Assembly (NCBI GenBank): GCA_012295275.1
Contig: CM022670.1
Location: 20,088,001 to 20,152,000 of the forward strand
Direction of reading: 5' to 3'
Source: Chrysomallon squamiferum
Taxonomy: Eukaryota > Animalia > Mollusca
DNA: 64,000 nt
Shown here: piece by piece, positions 54,934 through 64,000 of the stretch
Position numbering within the stretch: position 1 is the stretch's first letter
Layout of the letters: each line of letters starts with the position of its first letter
Notes under the pieces: model-generated
The model's input: only the letters and a program-made list of their open reading frames with translations
Databases searched by the model: none
What the model was told of the DNA's origin: nothing
Translations under genes and position numbers: made by a program

Positions 54934-56104
54934 ATCTTATGTTTAAACTTGAATTTATCTAGTTATTTTTATGATTTTTTGAATTAACTGTTTACATGAA
55001 ATTACTTGTTTTATTACCATGGCAACTCATAGCTTAGATATGTACTGGAATCCCCATTATTGGTGTGAAAATGACATCTGGAGGAGTTTTATTACATTTT
55101 TTTTTTTTTTTTTTGATGTCTTGGAGAACAAATCAGTTGCTGTTAGAAAATTGTGAAAATTTATTGTTCGCTTTTAAAAAAATAAACATAAATTTTGCAC
55201 ATACAGCAGCAGATATTTAATCATAGAATGAAAATGAAAGTTACTGAAGTGACCATTTTACACATATTTTGTTAAGAATACCATTATAAAAACATATTAA
55301 TAACTATGAGCTGTTCTCTGACAAATTGTTGTATGAAAAAATAAACCTTCCCCAGTACTCCTGTCAAAACCTTCCCAGATCCAAGAACCTCCCCCAAAAT
55401 GTATAGGTATGCCCATTTTTGCCACTGTTACCGATTCATATTTTCTGAGCCTGAAATTATTCTTCAAAAATATGTTTGTAAGGCACACTTTTTAATTTGA
55501 GTCCTTTTCTATAACTGAAATAATTTTTATTTGTTATCTGTCATACAGCATGTTAAAGATTTAAACCACTCCCAGATTTGTCAATACAAAACCACCAGTG
55601 AGTGTTTTCTTTGTTCAGTACTCATCAGAAAGAATTATATATTAATTATTAGTTAACCTTTTGAATTCGGACAAGCTATGTACCTGTAGATGAGTCAACA
55701 CTGTTGGATATTTGCTATGATTACAAGCTCTGCAAAAACAAACATGGCTATGGAAGTAAACCATCAATCATATCAGCATCACTGATGCCATCACTTTTAC
55801 TGGTCATAAGATTATGTAGGAATTAGGCTAGTTTAATTAAAATGAAATATCTAAACAGTATTACTGGTGACACTAATTAAGGGTTTGAAAAAAGATATTT
55901 AATAATGCTCAGCTAAGTAAAAATGATCACACACACATGTTAATAGTTTTGTCAACTAGTATGCTTATTCTGAAAACTAAGAAGAGTTATTATCATTTGA
56001 CATGGCATAAAATACTTGCATTCACTCCAGAAAAAACCCACAAACAACAATAGTATAAAACCTCACTCCAGGTAATGAATTAACAAAGAAACTGTTTTAT
56101 AATC

Positions 56105-56141
<37 letters not shown>

Positions 56142-57124
56142 ATACATCTAATATATATATTTATATATATATATATATATATACACACAAGACAGTGAAA
56201 ATGCATGAAATTATATGAAAACTAATAAATTAATTTAAAAATTATTATAAATGTTATCACTGGTAATTTTCCAGAATTAAAAAAAAAAAGTGTATGCAGA
56301 CACCTGAATTTCAATCTTTTTTTTGTTTGCCTCTGTCTTTCAGAGTTATATATAAATTTGCATAATATAAGTGTAGTTTTGTATATAAAACTTCAGGTGG
56401 CTATGTAATGATTAATTTGAAATTTGTAATAATCTCATAAAAAACTATATGTACAAATTAACTGAAAATATATGTAAATGTATATCATTTGTCTGGGGTT
56501 TTATTTTTTTTTGTTTTCTTTGGAAAATGTTCATTGAATATTGTGATTTGTAAACTAAGGTTTTCCTTTCAGATTAAAGGTTTACTGACTGAAATCCAAT
56601 ATCAGCTATTTAATTATTAATATAAAGAATGTATTCGTGGAATTGCCTAGAATTATCTCTTCTTCTGCTTGATTTCTAATAGCAAAAACTAGATTTTTTT
56701 TTTTAATATTTGTTTGATGGTTTGATTTGGAGATATGCAAACAGTAATGACATTGCAATATTCTTAATATGGTTTTTACATTGTTAATATATAATGAGTA
56801 GTTTAGGAGAATCAATACAGCATTTTTATAATTGAAGATAGGTTTGTTGGGGAAAAGACTATCACTGAATGGTTGAGATTTTTTCCAAAAGTTTGATATG
56901 TCTAAGGATCAATTGCCTTTTTTATAATGCCTTTATGAGTGAGTTGCCGTTCCAACTAAGGTTAGCTTAGCAAATGTTGTGGTATCATGGTATGTACTCT
57001 CATTCCTTTGGAAGGATGAATATAAAAGTTCCCTTTATTGCTCTTGGAGAGTTAACAGAAAATCTTCATTTTTATGCCTTCATCATGTCAAATAACAACA
57101 TATGTTTAATACTTTACACACCTC

Positions 57125-57155
<31 letters not shown>

Positions 57156-59397
57156 AATTCTGAACAATTATTTTCTGCAGTGTCAAATTAATCTATTTTC
57201 AACAACCATGAATTTGAAAATATTTTGCTAATAAAACCAATAATTTTTACTGTAGAATAATATTTGTACAGTATATATATTAACACCAGTTTATTAAATA
57301 ACAGAACATTAAGAAAATAGAACTATTTTTACAGCATATTTTCTTAGGTTCATTAGAAAGTCATTAGTTTATAAAGACACTGATTTGAAATGTCATTAAA
57401 CTAATAATTAAATCATGACTGTTGGGATTTGAATTACTATGTATGTTTTGGTATTTTTTTTTTTATTACAATTCAAAATTACCAAGGATTTGCCACTGCA
57501 CCAAGAAGGCCATTAATACCTGATGTGTCATTACTTTATAATAACCAAGGCAATTCAGTTTTTGTATATGCACACACTAGCAAACACAAAGAAAAAAGAT
57601 TCATGTACATGTACTTTAATGCATTTTTACAGATATAGATTTAGATTCACTCATTTTCTCTTCCATATATATCTCCATTGACACAAGTTCAAGTAGCACA
57701 GACTTGTTACAAACGCACACTAATATAAAATCATATACTTTTGTGTTGATATTACATTGGACATTACTTTAAATTTATTTAGTTCACAAGGTTGCACACA
57801 CACACACACACACAGAGACACACATACAATGCAGCAAAGTATATACACAAAGCAGAGAAATTCATATACTGGACTGAAAACTCACAAGCCTATTACTATA
57901 ACAATTATTATTTTGGTTAATTCCTTGTATGTAAAGTATATCCATTAGAGCGTTTCTTTAAAAAAAAAAAAAAAAAAAAAAAAGTTGTTTAATTCACATT
58001 AAGTGATTAACATTCTTCTTTTATTTTTTTTTTTTTTTTTTTTCAAATCTGATAATGATTGGTATTAATCATGACAAAGTTTTTTAAAATCATGATAATA
58101 GTTATTAGTACAATACACCATATGATTTTTAAAGTAATTCTAAATTAAATCGGATTAAATAATACTAAATAATACATCTGTTTGAGATTGTTTAAACTAT
58201 TTAAAATTAAAGAAGTTCAGAATGAAATAAATAAATAAATAAATAAACAAATAAATAAATAATAATACCTAAACAATTTAATAAACAAAAAAGATAAAAT
58301 TTCAGATAACTCCCATTAAAAACTAGAAGCTTACAAATATTTTTGAAACCAAACATTTCACAGACATCTATACAAAAAATAAATGTTTATCATCTAATTT
58401 TCATTTTTTTCTGTTTCTCATATATATATATATATATAAATATGTTTTATAAGGATCATTAATTAGGGACACCCACTTTGTTCACCTTCTGGTATCAACT
58501 TTTCTACAAAGTATTTGATAAAAATCTAGTTAATGAAAATAAATTTATATTAAATATTTATTGTTTTCATCTTTTATGATGGCTTGAAATTTCAAATGAA
58601 ATTAAATATTAATCCATAAATATGCATGTGTTATTTGATGACAACAGTTTTATTGTCAGTATCTGTCATATCCATTGTCTGTGAAGCATAAAAATGTGAT
58701 CGCTCTCTTTTATTTATTTTTTAAATTAATTTGGTATTATCTGAAATGTGTCATCATGTTAAATGTCTATCTAATTCATTGTATTAAAAGTTCAGGCAGT
58801 ACAAATTATTTCAGATTTCATTCCCTTGTTTGTTTTTTTATAAAAGAAATCACTTGCATAAATTTAAAAGTTGTTATTCTTACTTAAAAATGTTTTATAT
58901 TTACATTTATTTATTATTTATTTAAAATAAACATTTGGAACAGGTCCATTACAAAATGAAAACATTTCTAAATTCTACCACTCAGAATACCATTGTTTAT
59001 TTCCAATAGTATTTATGTAAGATACACTCACTTCATCGTTTTCTTTTCTACCTCATTCATTAAACTGCAGATGCTTCTGTTGAGATGTTGCTACTAGGAT
59101 ATGGCACAGACACATAGGATCTGGCAGTACACCAAGAAATAATCATCCTGGCTAATACAGGTGTTTGCAAATGGCCATCTGGCAACTGTGCACTTCATTT
59201 AGTCAATAAAAGCTATTAACCAATAACATCAACCACCTGAAGTTGCTTTTGGTGTTTCTTTTCTCTTCTTTTTTTTCAAAATGAGTTTATCCATTTTTTC
59301 TATAAAGACATTTTTTTTATTTGAGGGATTACTGGTTAAATGTTATTTTGTTAAAAAATTTTTTATTTAATGGCTACTGAAGATAATATAATATAAT

Positions 59398-59700
59398 GGT
59401 TAGAGTTAATCTAGATTCAGTATAAAAGTTAGAATTAAAGTCAGGATCAGAATTAGCTAGAGTCATGATAAGGTTCAAAATTACAGTCAGGATTAGAATT
59501 AGGGTTAATTAGGTCAGAGTTAGAGTGAGAGTAACAGTTAGAATTACAACCAGGATTAGAATTAAGGTTAGAGTCAAGATAAGGTTTAGAATGAAGGTCA
59601 GGGTTAAGATTAGAACTAGGGTAAGGGTTAGAATTAGTCAGGATTAGAATTAGGGTTAGTAAGAAAGAGTCATGGTAACAGTTACTATTAAGGTTAGATA
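59398..59700 (+). repeat. Degenerate interstitial telomere-like (TTAGGG-derived) hexamer tract
   Basis: 6-bp period of TTAGGG/TTAGAA/TCAGGA/TTAAGG variants, with a recurring higher-order unit CAGGATTAGAATTA. Confidence 0.75.
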
Positions 59701-62700
59701 CACCATTCATTCATGACAATCATAAATCCATTTTCAGTTTTGTTACTATTAATTATAAAACCAAGTATTTCAAATTATAAATTACTTTTCCTTTTTAAAA
59801 ACAAATATATAACAGATAAAATAAAAGCCACATTATATCTGATGGTTATTAGATGTCAGTAATGATGGCCTGTCTGGAAACTCACTGCTATTACAATAAG
59901 CAAGCAGAATTTTTCCATTAAAATGAAAACACTAACAGTAAGTAAATCATTGTCATGCAATTGCATCATCAGTCCATACCTACATATTAAATCTGGTTTT
60001 TCACATATATGTACTCTTTAATACACTAATTTTGTATATCAATAAATATAGGTGTTTTGTATTTGAACAAATGAAGTGTCATAAACAGATAATTATGTAT
60101 TTTAATTTCTTAAATCTATACAGTATTGAACTTGAAAAGTAATGTGATGGAATGACTTTTTTTTTTTAAAATTTAAATGTCAGAACTGAAATGAACAAAA
60201 ACACAAAAATGCTTTAGTTTCTTTATTTTGTGATTTTGTTTTCTAATGTAAGTTTATTTACTGAAAAAAAAAAAAAAAAAAAAATTTGAAAATAACCATT
60301 TGTTTGATTTGTTTTTTCTTAAATTTTAATTTATTTTTCAGTTTTTATTTTCAAATTTTTTATTTGATTATTTGGCCCTTGGAACATAGAAGCAGGTGTT
60401 TGCTTTAAAACTGTCAATGGAGACAAAAATGGAGTGGCAACATGGTTGCATCCAATATAGTTCTGGCATTTCCGAAATACCTTTAACGTGTTATTAGAAG
60501 CCTATTGCTACTTAAAACTTATTTCATTAAATCATCTTGACATTTATGTTTTTTTCTCAAGCAGGTGCAAGATCCATCTTGTTCAAGCAATAGTTTTCAT
60601 TAATTGTTGTTTGAGAGTTTGAGAACTGCTCAGTCAGATCTACACATATCATAGACAAGATACATACAAATTCTTTTTTCATCTATAAATTGCCTGAAAT
60701 ATTGACCGTAATCTTATAATTTCTTACTTAAGGGTTTCTCATTATCTGCAATCTGTGTGGAAATCTGGAAAGCAAACAGCTGCAATAACCACCTGGATTT
60801 TTGATTTGTGATGCCAGTGATTTTAAAAGAGAGGAGATCAGGGTTATATTGGGTTGTATATCTTACTTTTTACTACTTGGTTGGTATAACCATAATGCAG
60901 TGAAAAACAGAACTGCCATCTGAATTCTTGATGTTATTATTACCTGTTAGATTCATAATATTGCAAATTATTAAAATGAAACAGGTGTTTTTGTAACACT
61001 TGTATATGGCAGTATCTGGTCAGTGAAAGTAAGGTAGTGATTTTTTTTTGATATTTTTTTTAGATTCACTGGTATATAATGCAAAGCTGGGATCATAGAT
61101 GAATGAAGAGTGTCCTAATAATTTCTCTGTTTCCTATCCAGGATATATGATGATTAGCTTAAAGCTTAAATAGATAGGTTCAGGAATCATATCCCATTAC
61201 CAGTTCTCAACAGAAGTCTTATGCAGAGCTAATGCTAGAGTACTAAACGTTTACACCTTTCTATCTAATCATATCACTTTAATATAATTGATTTGGGTAG
61301 AAAGTTGCTATTTGAATAAGTGTCCAAGACAGATATGCTTTAATGATCATTACACTGAAAACATATCAAATGGTTAAGTAAATAATATGTTTTCAGTTGT
61401 AGCTGAATAGGCTGCAGGTTAAATCCTTTCAGAGCACCACGATACTCATCCCCCTACTGTTCTAAATGTGCTTATCAACAGGCTTTCCTATCTGAGGGAA
61501 ATTCCAGATAAAAGATCCTTTACAGTTAACTGAAAAAAGAATAACTGATGTTGAAGTAGCAACAGATTTGTTTCTTCTCATTATCCGTTTGGTCCTGATT
61601 AAAAATATGTAGAATGCTAGGTTAAATAATGTTTTTTTTATTAATGAGATGATGGTCAGGATGTAGTATCTGTATTCTGGTTCTTACACAAGTTGCACTC
61701 TCCAGCATTACGCTACCTAGACATTTCAGTGGTCTGCCTCTAATTTTGTCTCAGTCATAGTCCTTTTCTTTTTCTTTTTTTCTTAAAATTTTTGATTAAT
61801 TTAACTTATAATAGGTACTGGATAGATAATATATATACTAAATACTTATTCTTGCTGGGAATTATTGAGGAATTATTGTATCAGCCGAAAATTTAAACAT
61901 TTTAACCATTTAAAAATGTTAATGTTATTTTCCATGTCAAAATACTTTGTTTTACATATATCTATTATTGCATATATCTGTTAACATTTCTTCTTCCAGC
62001 AAGTTTTATTCACAAACCTGCTGTGCTATTATTTCTTTTTTAAACCATTTTAATAAATCTACTTTGTCATTATTTTCCATCCTTGTATATATAGAAGGTT
62101 TTGATGTATTTTCTTAGTAGGAGTAACCTACAACCCTGTAGGTTTTTGCTTTCTGTTTTTCCAACAAGAAAAAAGCTGACAAGAAGAATCTAAGTTTGAT
62201 TTATAATTTGACAGCATATAAATAAAGTCTTTTGAAGTTTTGTGAAAGATTTCTTCTTTCCAGTTTTCAAGCAGACAGAAAATTTAAACAAGTCTGTAGA
62301 CTGCTATTTGCATATATGCTCTAGGGAATGTTTGTCTTTATGGCTATTTGATTGCAATAATGCTGATAGCAAAGCTTTATGGTCCTGCTCAGTGGGTATA
62401 AATAAATGTAAAAAGCAACAACACAAGGAAGAAAATGGGTTAAAACCTGTCGACATTGGACAGGAAAAATTTGTGAAAATATTCTCTGTCTTGTCATAAC
62501 TGGCAAAATTATTTTGTTTTTCATGTTTTTTGTTCCAGAATTTTTTGAGTTTGGACTTTTAATTCATTTACATTTTATTTTTTTTTAAATTCTTGGTGTG
62601 TGTTTAAAATAAAATATATTTTGTTTTGTGAATTCCAGGTGTTTTTGTTTTTGGTATTTTGTATTTGTTCCCATGTTTTTGTGTCTTTTTATTTATTTTT

Positions 62701-64000
62701 TTTTTTTTTCTATTTTCAGTTTATTTATTTATTTACTTATTATATTTTAATTAATTTATTTATTTTAAAAAATATTTAATTTTTTCCATGTTTTATAGAA
62801 TTTATGACATTGGTTAATATTTATATTTGGATATCATTTGGTTTTATATTTATTTTTTATTTTTTTGGTGAAGTATTTACATGTTTTGTGGGTTTTCTGG
62901 TACTTGTTTATTTTTATAAATCTCTTCTTGATATTTGAATTTTGTTGTTTGTTAGATTGTTTAAGATACTGAAATGTTGCTGAGAGGTATGATAGCGGTC
63001 CTGTCTTTAAAATATATTTTCTGATTAAAATGTTTAAAAACAAGAATCTTTTTCTTCTTTTTTTTTCCTTTCTAAAATAAAAATCATTATCTGGGGCAAG
63101 TTATTTCTTTTTCTCCCCTAGTTTTTCTATTTCTTTTCATTTTGTAAAATTTATTTTTGGGCATATTACAAAATAATTTGAAAATGCATTTTTTACATCT
63201 GTATTTCGGTTAAGATAATGTTTTTTAACTGCCTTTCTTTTTCTTAAGTTGAAATATTTTTCATTTCCTAAATTAAAAAAATATATATTAAAAAAAACTA
63301 AAAATTAAATAAACAAAAATTCTCTAACAGCATTTTAATACTGTTTCACTGTAAATCAACAGGTAAAAAATAAATGATATTAACTATTATCTATATACAT
63401 AATTGTGTTTCAAACTGGTAATGTAAACAATAAATAAATAAACTAAAAAAAAAAAAAAATGGAATAGATACTGTAATATTATAGTATGCATGAATTCATG
63501 AAAATTTAAAAACTCACATAAATGTATGTATACTCTCATTTAAATTTAAGTATGTAAAGGTATACTGGTCACAAAATACTGTTTGTGCTCTTTGTACAGT
63601 TTTTTCTTTACCAAAATTCCACATTTCATACAAATCTGGGATTGGAAGAAGAAGAAAAAGAAATGTTTTTAATTAATAACACATGTCCAAGGGCCATAGA
63701 AAAAGAAAAAGAAATTTGTTACATCTACACACTTAACTACTCTTTTACAATTAGTAGCAACAATGTTTTATGAATATCACAGTCAAGGAAGCACATACTG
63801 GGATCTTTATAAAACCAGTTGTGACTGTGAGGCGCTGGTTTGGAAACAGAAGTGGCACAGCACAAACCCTGAAGATTGACCCCACACCCTTCTTCTGTAA
63901 CCACTAAACTTCAGAAATCAAGATATTCTGGACTATTACTGCTGTCTATGAATATTTCTATCTTTTCTACTGTTTTAAAATGGCATCTTCATCTATATGT

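Noticed and set aside
61661-61678. TGTAGTATCTGT match to the U2 snRNA branch-recognition region; also ATCGC…TTCT…GCCTTTT at ~13427
   Set aside because: Only short isolated matches; the flanks do not follow U2.
403-63773. Remaining 60-110 aa ORFs in the track
   Set aside because: Low-complexity F/I/Y/L-rich translations of AT-rich or microsatellite DNA, often with non-ATG starts, with no recognisable domain (except the FLYWCH fossil) and no splice support.

Overview
Very AT-rich, repeat-rich eukaryotic (animal) genomic DNA. A mollusc, possibly a gastropod, is my guess from a short interspersed repeat and degenerate TTAGGG-type repeats; this is tentative. None of the ORFs in the supplied track looks like a real intact gene. 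Main structure: (1) a ~14.3 kb head-to-tail tandem duplication (2011-16309 / 16310-30631, 2-bp TT microhomology at the junction). Each copy carries a probable last coding exon of a + strand gene (58 codons + TGA, product unrecognised), its putative 3'UTR and a downstream CpG-richer block. (2) A CpG-retaining region (~30.6-36.3 kb) containing a ~78-bp degenerate array with a near-invariant 12-bp core, a promoter-like segment with clustered TCF/LEF-type and E2F motifs, and a uORF-rich putative first exon ending at a GTAAGT donor (36181). (3) A CpG-depleted, intron-like ~28 kb with no convincing coding exon. It holds a FLYWCH/MULE transposase fossil, an apparently perfect 212-bp tandem duplication, a 1.15-kb (TGCTG)n satellite, a degenerate telomere-like tract and several minisatellites. 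I found no tRNA, rRNA, snRNA or CRISPR. I cannot demonstrate a new biological system. The best leads are the conserved-core array with the TCF/uORF promoter and the duplicated terminal exon. All alignments and CpG assessments were done by eye.
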